64,000 bases of DNA from Blastocladiella emersonii ATCC 22665 (lineage: Eukaryota > Fungi > Blastocladiomycota), in assembly GCA_025594325.1 (NCBI GenBank), contig JANHCV010000014.1, positions 1,054,001 to 1,118,000 on the forward strand, in the 5' to 3' direction. Of this stretch, positions 10,008 to 20,965 are shown piece after piece. The translations under genes were made by a program, and so were the position numbers. Positions within the stretch are counted from its first letter, which is position 1; each line of letters starts with the position of its first letter. The notes under the pieces are model-generated. The model searched no databases. It saw only the letters and a list, made by a program, of their open reading frames with translations, and was not told the DNA's origin.

Positions 10008-12153
10008 ATGGAAGACTACCCACCGCAGCCGCCCGAGTCGCGCGCGGGGACCACCCGCTCCGCCGCGACGCAGCGCGGGGAAGAGCACGTCCGCGTCGTC
10101 GTGCGCGTGCGGCCCTTGAACGCGCGCGAGGTCGATGCGCAGCACGCGCGCGGCGTCGTGGTCGCGGACGACGACACGGACCCGCGCACCGTGACCGTCG
10201 TCGGCGCCGACTCGGCCGCACCCCCGAAGAACATGTCGTACGACCGCGTGTACGCGGAGCCCACGTCGCAGGCGGACCTGTTCGAGGACTGCGGCGTGAT
10301 CCCGCTGCTCAACCGCGCGCTCGCCGGGTACTCGGCGACCGTGTTCGCGTTCGGGCAGACGGGGTCGGGCAAGACGTTCACGATGACGGGCCCGCCTCCC
10401 CCCGCTGCGTCGCCCGATGCCGTCGGCCTGATCCCGCGCGCGTTGCGGCACCTGTTCGAGGTGATCGCGGCGACGCCGGGCACGCGGTTCACGGTGCGCG
10501 CCGCGTACCTCGAGATCTACAACGAGCAGGTCCAGGATCTCCTGAACCCGTCGGCCGCCGCGTTGCCCGTCCGGTGGAAGCGCGATCGCGGGTTCTACGT
10601 CGAGAATCTTTTCGTGGTGGAGTGCGAGGTGCTGGATGACTGTCTCGCCGTCCTCGAGGAGGGGCTGAGGAATCGGACGACGGGCGCGCACGCGTTGAAC
10701 GAGCGGTCGTCCCGCTCGCACTCGATTCTGACGGTCTACATTGAGGCCGAGGACGAGAGCCCGCCGGGCGACGACGATGATGGGCGGCCTGCACAGCGGT
10801 TTGGCAAGATCAGTTTTGTTGATCTCGCCGGTACGCACGCTCTCTGTGGCCTACCACCCGACGCTAACATCAAGACGGTAGGCAGCGAGCGCGTCAAGGA
10901 CAGCAAGACCACGGGCGAGGCCCTCAACGAGACCTTCAACATCAACCGCAGCCTGCTGGTCCTCGGCAACTGCATCTCGGCGCTCTCCGACCCGAAGCGC
11001 AAGCCCGGTCACGTCCCGTACCGCGACTCGAAGCTCACCAAGCTGCTCATGGATAGTTTGGGGGGCAACGGCGTTGCGCTCATGGTACCTTTCCCTTCTC
11101 TCCTCTTATCCACCCTCGCTGACGACCCTTTCGTTAGATCGCCTGCGTCTCGCCCTCGGCTCACGCGATCCAGGAAACCGTGCAGACGCTGCGCTACGCG
11201 TCGCGCGCGAAACGCATCCGCAACCGGCCGTACGTGAACGTCGACCCGCGCGAGCAGCTGATTGCGCGGCTCAAGCGCGAGGTCGACGCGCTCAAGACGG
11301 AGAACGCGCAGCTCAAGGTCCTCGCGCAGCGCGGCACGCCATCCGCGGCGGTGGTCTCGACGGGTGGAGGGAACGGGAACGCGGTCGCCCAGCTCGCGCA
11401 GACGTACGGCGTCGAGATCGATTCGCTCAAGTACGAGAACGTACATCTGTCTCCCCCGCGCGGTCTGTGAACCGCGGACTCATGACCCCGCGACGTGTGT
11501 AGGCGCAACTCGTCGCCGCGAAACAGCGCACCGAGCACATGTACGGCAACCTGATGCGCGAGAACGAGGCCCTGCGCGACGAGCTCGACCGGCTCCGCTC
11601 CGGCGGTGCGATGCCGTCGCAGATCCCGCAGCCGCAGTGGGCTGCGCCCAACTTTTACCCCGCCGCCGCTGCCGCGAGACGACAACCGGCGTACCCGCCT
11701 CAACCGCCGGTGACGGTGCAGCGTGGCGGCGGTGGCCCGTCCGCGCCCGCGCCCACGGTCGCGTCGCCAAGAAACGGCCAGCAGCAACAACCGGGCCGCG
11801 CGTCACGACACGGCAGCACCACGCCCGCGGGGGCCACGGCGGCGGCGGGGCGGCGGTCGTCGGGTCCACCACCCCCACAACAGCGCGGGTCGCGGTCGCC
11901 ACAGCAACAGCAGCAGGCGGTGGCCGAGTACCAGCAGCAGGCTTCGCGGTCGCCACAGCAGCAGGGGTCCGAGTACCAGCCGTCGCCGCGTCCTCCACCA
12001 CAGCAAGAGCACGCGTACCCGCCGCCGGCGCAAGCGAGATCGCCGCCAAGCAAACCTCCAGCGGGGGGTGTGCCGGACCTGCACTCGCTGCGTCAGGACG
12101 TGAGCCGGCTCGATGCAGAGATTGCGCGGTACACTGGTGGAGCGGGCATGTAG
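10008..12153 (+). CDS. KIF12: Kinesin motor, KIF12/kinesin-16-like
   Basis: Introns 10831-10881, 11085-11137, 11441-11502 restore DLAGSE and IACVSP..ETVQTLRYA. Motifs VRVRP, GQTGSGKT, YLEIYNE, SSRSH, HVPYRDSKLT. LPVRWKRDRGFYVENL resembles KIF12. Coiled coil and P/Q-rich tail. Confidence 0.8.
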
Positions 12154-12205
12154 ATCGAGACGAGTATTTATACATTTACCTAATTCATCTTCCCCATTGC
12201 TAATA

Positions 12206-13243
12206 CTATTCCGCGACCCACTCATCCAGCGCGCGCGCGAGCCGCTCGTACGTGAACAGCGTGATCGCGGACGCCGGCAGCGTGCGGAACAGGTTCGTCC
12301 CGAGCCCGCGGTAGAAGGCGCGGTACCCTTCCTCCTGCGCGATCCGGGTGACGCAGTGCCGCAGACCGTTGTACTTGGCGGGGTCCGTCTGATTCTGCAG
12401 CCGCGTGCGGATCACCTCGTGCGGGTACGTGATCATGCTCGCGAACATCTTGGACATGACGCTCGCGGCCAGGATGTGGTGCATGGCGACGGCCTCGCGG
12501 TGGTGGTTCAAGGGTTGACGAGGGGTGGAAAGCGAGCCCGTGTGGAACGCGAACTTGAGCTTCTCGTACAACGGGAACTGGACGGCGGCGTGGGTCACGC
12601 CGAGGAGCGACGTGCCCAGCCCCTTGTAGAACCCGCGGAGCCCTTCCTTGCGCAGGATCTGCGTGAACGCATCCGCGATCGACGTGTACCGGTACGCGGT
12701 GGTCTCGCTCTGCGTCATGAGCCGCGACTTGACGACCCACAGCGGATTCGTCGCGGACGTCGACACCACGCCCGCGCTCATGGCCGACAGGATGTTGATC
12801 ACACCCGGCGTCATCCACGGATGCGGCGAGGGTTCCCCGAAAGATGGCGGGTCCGCGATGCGGTACAGCGCGCGCTTGGCCTCCTCGTACGCGGTGAAGT
12901 AGATGGCCCACGAGGGCAGGTACCCGAGCATGGTCGCGCTCAGGCCGCGGTACCACCCGCGGTACCCCTCGGTGCGCAGGATCGTGACCAGGCCGTCGAC
13001 GGTGCCGCGGTACCGCGGCGGCGACGAGTTTTGGAGACGTGTCTTGACCACGTCCAGCGGGCACGTCAGGAACGACGCGCCTGCACCCGCGGCGGCGCCG
13101 GCGACCGAGTTGCGGAAGGTTTCGCGCTCCCTGGCGATGGCGATGGTGGGTGTGAGATCGGGTTGGAAGGGAGGAAGGGTGAGGGGGTGGGCGCACCTCA
13201 AGAAGACCTTGGGCGACCACACTTCGGTGACGGCGTGCACCAT
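12206..13243 (-). CDS. Mitochondrial carrier (SLC25), NAD+/folate/pyrimidine-nucleotide subgroup, NDT1-like
   Basis: Three Px[DE]xx[KR] signatures (PLDVVKTRLQ, PLWVVKSRL, PHEVIRTRLQ); GYLPSWAIYF typical of NAD carriers; in-frame 66-nt intron 13196-13131. Confidence 0.85.
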   Translation of the reverse strand: MVHAVTEVWSPKVFLRCAHPLTLPPFQPDLTPTIAIARERETFRNSVAGAAAGAGASFLTCPLDVVKTRLQNSSPPRYRGTVDGLVTILRTEGYRGWYRGLSATMLGYLPSWAIYFTAYEEAKRALYRIADPPSFGEPSPHPWMTPGVINILSAMSAGVVSTSATNPLWVVKSRLMTQSETTAYRYTSIADAFTQILRKEGLRGFYKGLGTSLLGVTHAAVQFPLYEKLKFAFHTGSLSTPRQPLNHHREAVAMHHILAASVMSKMFASMITYPHEVIRTRLQNQTDPAKYNGLRHCVTRIAQEEGYRAFYRGLGTNLFRTLPASAITLFTYERLARALDEWVAE

Positions 13244-13979
13244 GATTTGTGACAGTAGCTGACCGATAAGCGCAAGATTCAAGTGTGTGTCGTGGTGTCG
13301 TAGGGGAGCGTCACGCGCCCGCTCTCACTTTCTCTCACACTCCGTCACGGTCGCTCGATGCGTGGTGGTTGATACGTTGCAATGCAGGTGGTCGCAACTG
13401 CGCGATCGTGTTGGCGGATGGAGGAGAAGGAGAGGCGGGAGTGGGCAGGGCGGCAGGCAGGGCGGGGTTCCCGGTCAGTCCGGCCGGCCAGCCCGTGTGG
13501 CGCAACCCGCTCGCAACTTGACTGGGCGATCGGATCGCGGGCGCGAACGCACAGCGAGTCCTGCGGCCATGCACCTATGCAAGGGAGATGGCAGGGCCTG
13601 ATGATGATGGCGTTGCTCTGTGTGTGAATCGTGAGAGGACTCAAGGAAGGTGACGTCGATTGGGACCAACTCAGCGACGAAGGGGGCCCGCACGGCGACC
13701 CTGGTCGGCGCGGCAGCTCAACCCCCGAGCTCTCCCAGCGAGGATCGGCCACCCTCAGACGTGGAAGGGGAGGAGAAAGCATCGGAGACAGAAAAGGCGA
13801 GAGAAAAGCGCGTCGCGGCGGTCACGTTGGCGTCACCTGATGCGGTTGCCTCGCCCCTTGCGCCCTGCGTTCTTTCGCCTTCGTGTTCCGCGCGTCTCTC
13901 CGCCGCCATCATCATCCCCCCCGAACCCGCAACCCGACGCGCTGCAGCGCCTGCGACTGACTGCAACGTTTCTGGGAAA

Positions 13980-16718
13980 ATGGCGCAGACCGCGACGCCG
14001 CTGTTCCTCGGCATCCGCGCCGACGACGAGGTCTTCTCGGACGACGACGTCGACATGGACGCGCCCGCCACCAAGTACATTTTCAAGGCCGGCATCTCGC
14101 CCGACACCGAGATCGTGAGCGACGAGGACGACGATGAGGCGGACCGTCACGACGCGCCGCCCGTTACCGACGACCCGCTGCGTCTCGCCGACCTCGGCGC
14201 CAGCGTGCAGAGCACTCGCCACCACATGCCCGCCGCCGCGCCCACCCCCGCCCCCGTGGCCGCCGCGGCCGCCGCCTTCTCGCCCGCGCGCGCCCTCGTC
14301 GTCAACCCGAGCCACGCCGGCACGATTCCCATCCGCAAGCTGCAGGAGTTCAAGCGCACCTTCAGCGTCGCGTCGCCGCACCGCAGCTCGCCCGTGGGCC
14401 CCTCGGCGGCTGCCGTGGCTGCTGCCGCCGCCGCCTCCGCCTCGGAGAGCCCGAGCAAGCGCATCAAGCTTTCTGGTGATGATGCCGCGCCCCTCTCGCG
14501 CGCCCTCGGCGCCGTCGACCTCGGGTCGCAGGACTCGATGTCTTCCTCGATCGCCGCCACGCCGTCGGTCGCCACCTTCAAGCTCCCGCCGCCGCCCTTT
14601 TCGGGAACCCCGCGGCGCCCGCTTCTGGCAACCGAGCCCGGCCACGTCACGGACCCGGCGCTCCTCAAGTCGCACGGCGTGCGCCCGATCCTCGGCCCGC
14701 GCGGCGTCCGCGCCATCCTCGCCGAGGGCGGCCGCCGCCTGCGTATCGCCCGCTACGCCGCCAACCTCACCGCGACCGCTGCCGTCGACCCCGCGCGCCT
14801 GCTCGCGGATACCCTGGTCCCCGCCGTCACGTACGAGCCCGCATCGGGTGCGGCGGCGACGCCCGTCTCCGCGACGGTCCCGCAGAACGGTAACGGTAAC
14901 GGCAAGCAGCCGCGCCAGGTCATCTCCGGCGTGTCGCGCATCGTTTTCGCCGACGTCGCCGCCTTGTTCCCGCCGCGCTCCGACCCGCGCGTCCTGTGCG
15001 AGCTGCTTGCCGTCCTGTTCGACCCGATGGCCGACCCCGCCGCGGGCACCGCCGTCCCGCCCGTCGTCGCCATGCTCGCCACCAAGACCCGCCTGCAGTC
15101 CTGGCTGCACGCGCATCTCGAGGGGGACGCGCGCGACGCCGCGACGCGCGCGGTTGCCGACGGAAACGTGGTGGCGGCCGTCCTCGCCCTCGTCGAGGCG
15201 CGCCACCTCGCCGACGCCGCGCATATCGCGATGCATAACGGCGCCCCCGGGCTCGCCGCGTACATTGCGTGCGCCGCCGCCGCGCCCGACATGATGCGCG
15301 CCAAGGCGGCCGCGCTGCGGAACGCGCCCGCGGGGGTGGAGGTTGACCCGGACCTCGTGCGGATCTTTGACCTTTTGGGGCTTGGCCCCGAGGACGTTGA
15401 CGGAAACAACGACCTCCCCGTCTCCCGCACGGGCATCGCCGCGCTGCAGGGCCTCGGGTTCGCCCGCGCCATGGCGCACCTCCTCGACGCGTTCCCGAAG
15501 CTCGGCATCGACGACGCCTACGCCCTGTACACGCAGCTCGAGCCGCACTTCGCCACCCCCGCTCTTGGGGGTGATAACGCGCACGTCCTCCGCGCCGTCC
15601 TCAACCTGTACGCCTCGCCGACGGCCGCGGATCACCTGCGCGCCGTCGTGCACCTCGCCGTCGACGCCGCCGCGGGCTCGGCGATGCCCGACTACACGCC
15701 GGCCGTCGTCGTCGCCGTCGGCCTCCGTGCCGCGGGCATCGCGCTCCCGGCCCCCAACGCTACGCGGCTCCTCACGCGTGCGGCCGCGGCCCTCGAGACC
15801 GCGGGCGAGTGGCCCGCCGCCGTCTTCTGCCTCCAGCTCATGCACCTGTGGCAGGACGGCGACAAGGCGGAGTGCGCCGCGCGCGAGGCGTATATCCTCG
15901 AGGTCGTCTCGCGCAACGTGTCGGCGGATTTGGTCGACGGGGTCGAGGGATGGGACGAGGAGAGCAAGCTCGCGCGGCTTCCTGCGAATGAGCGCGAGTG
16001 CGTCACCACGTTCCGCGTCCCGCTCCGCGTGCTCGCGCAGGCTAAGGTGCTCCGGATCGGGTACGTCGTCGACTCGTCGCGGCGCATGTTCGGGTCGCCG
16101 ACCGCGGGTGTGGGGGCCGCGGCGAGCCCGAACGTGATGGCGGCGGCGTCGTGCCAGCCCGCGTCGCTCGCCGAGTCCGTCGCCAAGTCGATCCGCGCGA
16201 CGCCCCTCTCCCCCTCGGCCTCCGCCGCCTCCCCGCTCCTCGGCAACGTGCGGCCACGCGTCTCCAGCACCGCCATCTACCCGCGCGCCCTGCCCCCCAA
16301 ATCCCCCGCCGACCGCGCCCGCGAAACGCGCCGCCGCCTCACCGCGGCCCTCCTCGCGCCCGACCGCCGCATGCTCCTCCCCGTCGCGTCCGCGGCGCTC
16401 CGCGCCGTCGTCGCCCGCGCGGTGGTCGAGCACCGCATCGCCGACGCGCGCGAGGCTGTCGAAGAGTTTTGTGACGCCACGGCGGCGTTCTTTGGCAGGG
16501 AGCCCGCGGAGCTCCCGCTCGTCGCGGCGGCGGTCGTCGAGGTCGCCAAGGTCGTCGACTACTTTGCGGCCGAGGTCGTGCCCAATGGGGATGCCGCCAA
16601 GCGCGAGATCCTGCGCGGGATGGCGACGGACGTCGCGGAGGCGGTCATGCGCCGTGCCCGCGCGGAGGGCGGGTTGAGTATGGATGAAGTGTACGTTTCC
16701 GCTTTGCCGCCTCGCTGA
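13980..16718 (+). CDS. NUP96: Nucleoporin Nup96/Nup145C-like protein encoded without a Nup98 part (frame open from 13650)
   Basis: Colinear Nup96 motifs: ELLAVLFD, KTRLQSWL, AAVLALVEARHLADAAHIAMHNG..LA, VDPDLVRIFDLL, AALETAGEWPAAVFCL, REAYILEVVSR, FRVP..LAQAKVLR. No FG/GLFG repeats or HF-S cleavage site upstream. Confidence 0.8.
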   Translation: MAQTATPLFLGIRADDEVFSDDDVDMDAPATKYIFKAGISPDTEIVSDEDDDEADRHDAPPVTDDPLRLADLGASVQSTRHHMPAAAPTPAPVAAAAAAFSPARALVVNPSHAGTIPIRKLQEFKRTFSVASPHRSSPVGPSAAAVAAAAAASASESPSKRIKLSGDDAAPLSRALGAVDLGSQDSMSSSIAATPSVATFKLPPPPFSGTPRRPLLATEPGHVTDPALLKSHGVRPILGPRGVRAILAEGGRRLRIARYAANLTATAAVDPARLLADTLVPAVTYEPASGAAATPVSATVPQNGNGNGKQPRQVISGVSRIVFADVAALFPPRSDPRVLCELLAVLFDPMADPAAGTAVPPVVAMLATKTRLQSWLHAHLEGDARDAATRAVADGNVVAAVLALVEARHLADAAHIAMHNGAPGLAAYIACAAAAPDMMRAKAAALRNAPAGVEVDPDLVRIFDLLGLGPEDVDGNNDLPVSRTGIAALQGLGFARAMAHLLDAFPKLGIDDAYALYTQLEPHFATPALGGDNAHVLRAVLNLYASPTAADHLRAVVHLAVDAAAGSAMPDYTPAVVVAVGLRAAGIALPAPNATRLLTRAAAALETAGEWPAAVFCLQLMHLWQDGDKAECAAREAYILEVVSRNVSADLVDGVEGWDEESKLARLPANERECVTTFRVPLRVLAQAKVLRIGYVVDSSRRMFGSPTAGVGAAASPNVMAAASCQPASLAESVAKSIRATPLSPSASAASPLLGNVRPRVSSTAIYPRALPPKSPADRARETRRRLTAALLAPDRRMLLPVASAALRAVVARAVVEHRIADAREAVEEFCDATAAFFGREPAELPLVAAAVVEVAKVVDYFAAEVVPNGDAAKREILRGMATDVAEAVMRRARAEGGLSMDEVYVSALPPR

Positions 16719-18660
16719 CCGGTGGTGGATCCCGAACTAACGATGCGACGAACGTGTAGCGCGGCCCTCGAACTCATCCCGCACCTGCTGCACGAAAAGT
16801 ACGGCGCCACCGTCGTCAGCCCGCTGGCGGGGTACGACCGCGCGTGGCCGACGAACCTGCTCGCGCGCGACTGATGTGTGGAAGTGGTGGTGGTTGATGT
16901 TATGCTCTAATATTGACAGTTTGTTTGCTTGCAACAAACGATGTATTATTCATGAGAGATCGAGATGACGGCCCGCGGCCCAAAGTGTTTCGATGCGGAC
17001 GACCGAGACGGCGACCCGCGGCCCCGCACACACACACACATGGCCGAGTCGGAGCGGCGGGGCCAGCGAGAAGAGGAGCAAGTCGCGTGCTCGTCCTCAT
17101 AGCGACGGCGGAACGCGATCCGCACGCCGTCTCGCTGGCCACCGCGCACGCGTTGTTGGCTGCCGGGTGCGCGGGGCCGCGGGCCGGGATCGCGGTCGAT
17201 TCGCGGTGAGTGGTTGAAGTTGCGCGAGCGATTGATAGGTAGTAGGATTGTGCGGCCATGTGAGGCTCGACGGTAACCTTTGCGGCTGAGGATGTCGAGG
17301 AAAACTGGATCGAGACGGACAATTCAGTGATAGTGGCGAGGCACACCGGGCGAGCCTGGAACGGTAGTGCGAAATTCCCGACCATATGTAGCGCTTGGAG
17401 CCTGCGCTCCGTTGTGATTTCGGCGGCCGGGCTCCTGTCACCAGCGGACCCTCTGCGAGCGACGTCGGTAACTGCACCAGGGTATCGCGGCAAGCGTAAT
17501 GGAGAGCAAGGACCGACAGCACAAGGAGCAAGGGACTGGGACGATTGCGAGCACGCTTCGATTGCCGAGATGCGTCATGATGAGCGAAAAGGGAGTGACG
17601 GCAATGACGTTACCGTCGCTTTATGGTACTCACGGTCTCTTCATCCGCGCACCGCCCATTGCTACCGCCGCTGCCGTCGTCACATCAGTCGTGATCGGGA
17701 AGCGCACAGTCAATTGTGCATGCTTGATTTGGCAGAGCGGGATCGCGGAGACATGAGAAACCAGCGCGACAAGTCCGCGGCTACCTCGAGCGCGACCGCC
17801 AACGAACGTGCTACTTCTAAGCAGTCCGAAACGACAATCTTCCTTCTCTACCCACTCGACCAAGCGTTGGCGAGTCGGACAACACGCTGCGCTTGTCCCG
17901 ACGGTGGCAGCGAGCCGAAGTCGAGCGACGTGCGAATTGCAGCCCGCGGTTGGATTGGTCTCGCAAAGCAGAATGCAGCAAGTCTAAGTGAGCGTTTCAT
18001 TGCAAGGAGGCGAGGGTGAGGGGAGCAAAGGGAGAGGTGGGGAGGCAAACGACAAGGAGCAGGCGGGGTGGCTGGTGGCTTGTGGCGCTCGCCGCCCCGT
18101 GTGGGCACGCTGTGGCGCGACGCGTCCGCGCGGTTTTGAGGTAACACGGTAATCTCGGCTGCAAATTGCAGCTTGCACAGAAATCTTGCACTGTAAATGC
18201 TTGTTTTCCTGTTCTAGTTGCGTGCGGATCAGTCAACTCAGGGAGAAGCGTGTCAACATCGTGGCCAACGCCTACGCGCACGTTGACCAAGATCGCTCAG
18301 GCAAAGTAGGCGACACGTTCAACTTGAGCCCGGCCCAAGGCAACCATTTCGATACCTATCATGTTACGAGAAGTCAGTCGCGAGCGGGGTGGTGAGTGAG
18401 GAGTGTCACCCGCAGCCGCCGCCGTCTCCCGCGCGTACACGCGCGCCGCCGCCCTTTTAGTCTACTAAAAATCTTAAGCGTGTATTAGGAGTGTTAACCG
18501 ACGTGTGTGGCAACCAGCCACCTGGTCGCATGTAACCGACCGCGTGATGCGGAACGGAGCCAGCCAATATACCAGATAGTGTATCAATGGTGGAGGAGAG
18601 GAAGCTACCGACCATTGAATGGTGTTGGGCTGATATACATACTCGGTTCAGAACACGTGG

Positions 18661-20295
18661 TCACGGGTCACGCGAACTGACATCCGACCAATCCGCATAG
18701 GCTATTCGCCTGTCGCGGATCAGCCACCTCCGGCCGGGAAGCCCGCGCGACGCGTCGTAGGTGCCGAGCAGATCGGACTGGAAGACGCGGAGGATGTGGC
18801 GGATGCCGAAGGGTACGCCGTGCGTGGTCTTGAGCGCGTACGCGATGCGCTTGGTGATCACCTTGAGCAGCGACGTGGCCATGTCCATGGTCGTTGAACT
18901 TGACGATGATGGCCGACGCGTCGAACTGGTGGTGGCCTTGATGGACGGCGGACCGAGCGTGTGCTTGAGGGTCGACTCGCACTTGTGCTGGACCGCAGGG
19001 ACAATGTCGATCCAGGTCGTCGGCAGGATGCTGCAGATGTTGACGGACGAGTGTCGATCATGGTGGTTGAAGAGACCATGGATGCGAACGAGTGCGGCGA
19101 TGGTCGGCGGGATCTCGGCCGAGTAAGAGACGCGTGGCGCGAGCGGGTCGAGGTGGTTGATGAAGGCCGAAATCGTGTGCCACCCCCCGGGGGCCATTTT
19201 CGTCGTGTCGTCGACGAAACACGAATCGAGGAAGGCGGCTGCTGGGCCAGGATCATCGAGTGCGACCGCGAGCGGGCGCGGAGCGACGACAGGAAGCTCG
19301 ACTTGAGCAGCGCGAGCGTCGCGATGACCGTAGTGCGTGTCGTCGGTCGTGCGGTTGACGAGGACTGTGAGCGCCGGCGTGTGCGTGTGCGTGATGATGA
19401 CGGCCGAAGCGTCACCGTGCGTGTGCGACGAGTCGTACATCGAGATGCGGTCGTACCTGGTCGCGGTAGTGTCGCGGCACACGGGCGTCGTGGTGTTGCT
19501 GTGCACGAGCATGGTGTCGCCGTTGTAGGCGATCGTTCGGGGTGCCGTAGAAGGCGGACGTCGTGGTGTTGTTGATGACGGACGTCGTGGTGTTGGCGAC
19601 CGTGGACGTCGTGGCGCTGTCGCACGAGGGCGACGAGGTGTTGATGCGCTCACACGACTCGGTGACAGTGCCGAAGTTGTTCTGGCCGTCGAAGATGGGT
19701 TTCGCTTCGGGGCGGATATTGAACGACGCGTGCTGCGCGTCGAGGTGATGTAAATCGTTGAGATCGTGAAATGCGACGAGGTCGCGGTCGAGCTGGAGGA
19801 ACTGCGGCTCGAAGATGTGCTCCAGCGAGACGTTCTGGACGGCGACGTGAGCGCGCAGCGGATCACCTTGGTCGACGACGGGAGCGTGCAGCAGGTCGTC
19901 TTGGTCGATGACGGGAACGCGCGGCCGGCGCGTCTCACCCAGCTCGGCGAGGAGCCCGTACGGCGGGTCGTCGCTGTCCGACGAGGTGCCCAATCCACCC
20001 GGCTCGGCGAGGAGGCCGTGCTGCGGGTAGTTGCCCGACTCGAAGAAGGACTCGTGCGGCGGATGGTCGCCAGGATCGATGGCCCGACGTGCGATCCACC
20101 CGGCTCGGCGGGCGAGATGCGCGGGACGGCAGCAGGCTCAGGCTGCGCGTGGTCCACCCACCCGGGCGCGAGAACGTCGGTCTTGTCCGTGTGGATCGAC
20201 GTGTACGAGATGGAGGTCGGCTCGATCATCGACCGCATGGTACCCATCGCGAAAGAATCAGGCGCGGTGATGGTGTTCGGAGCGGGCTGCTCCAT
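18661..20295 (-). pseudogene. Unknown gene whose 544-aa ORF seems to contain two compensating frameshifts
   Basis: Host-like codon usage follows the long frame at 20295-~20085 and ~19545-18661, but the frame of ORF 19412-19993 in between (DHPPHESFFESGNYPQHGLLAEPGG...). Internal repeat (L/P)AEPGG/LAELG recurs across the shift. Confidence 0.5.
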
Positions 20296-20431
20296 TTCGA
20301 TCTCGAAGCCCTCGGTCAGTCCATGAGTTGCATCTTGCGGGAAGTCCGAGCGAGTAGAGGCTGATCCGAGTGAGGGCGAGGAAGAGGCGACGGTTCCGAG
20401 GCGGCAGTCTCGGACGCAGTGCGGGTCGCGC

Positions 20432-20482
20432 CAGCGGGGTCAGCGACGGCAGGGTCGGCGACGGCAGGATCAGCGACGGGCG
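20432..20482. repeat. 15-bp tandem repeat (~3 copies; ADPAV x3 on the minus strand)
   Basis: cagcgacggcagggt / cggcgacggcaggat / cagcgacgggcgt. Confidence 0.8.
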
Positions 20483-20759
20483 TCGAGCAGGACACGGTGA
20501 GGGCGGACGGCGTAGGCGCTGCCCTCGAAATCCACCGAATCGCGCCAACGATGGTCTTTGAATCAAATCTATGCAATGAAGCGAGCCCGCGAGCACTCCA
20601 TGACGACTCGTGACACGACACAAAATCATCAACAACCGGCAGAACGCGGCAGCACACTCGACCACCAGAGCTCGTCAATATTGACCGGCCCACGGCCTTG
20701 CGCACGCGCCCGTGGGCAATTCACTCAACAGAAAAAGTCACGGAGCCGACAACAGCGCG

Positions 20760-20965
20760 CGCGCCGTGGCCTCAGTAGTCGCGCATGAGAGAGCAAGCGT
20801 CTCGCCCGCCCGGGTTATCAGGGCATTCGCGCGTAGCAGGCGGGCGAGACTTTCGATTCGCAGGTGCTTCGACACGAGGACTGATTTGGCAGGCGCGCGC
20901 GATGCGGTGCAGACACGACAGCGGCGGTCAAGGACGAAGCCGACGCGTGCGCAAGACCATGGGTC
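20760..20965. repeat. Dispersed degenerate repeat, related to 50790-50990 and 52220-52400
   Basis: cgcccgggttatcagggc identical at ~20806 and ~52283; gcgggcgagact and gccgacgcgtgcgc shared in the same order. Confidence 0.65.

Noticed and set aside
16800-18400. Several 70-230 aa ORFs in the intergenic region
   Set aside because: No host-like codon bias or recognisable motifs; treated as spurious.
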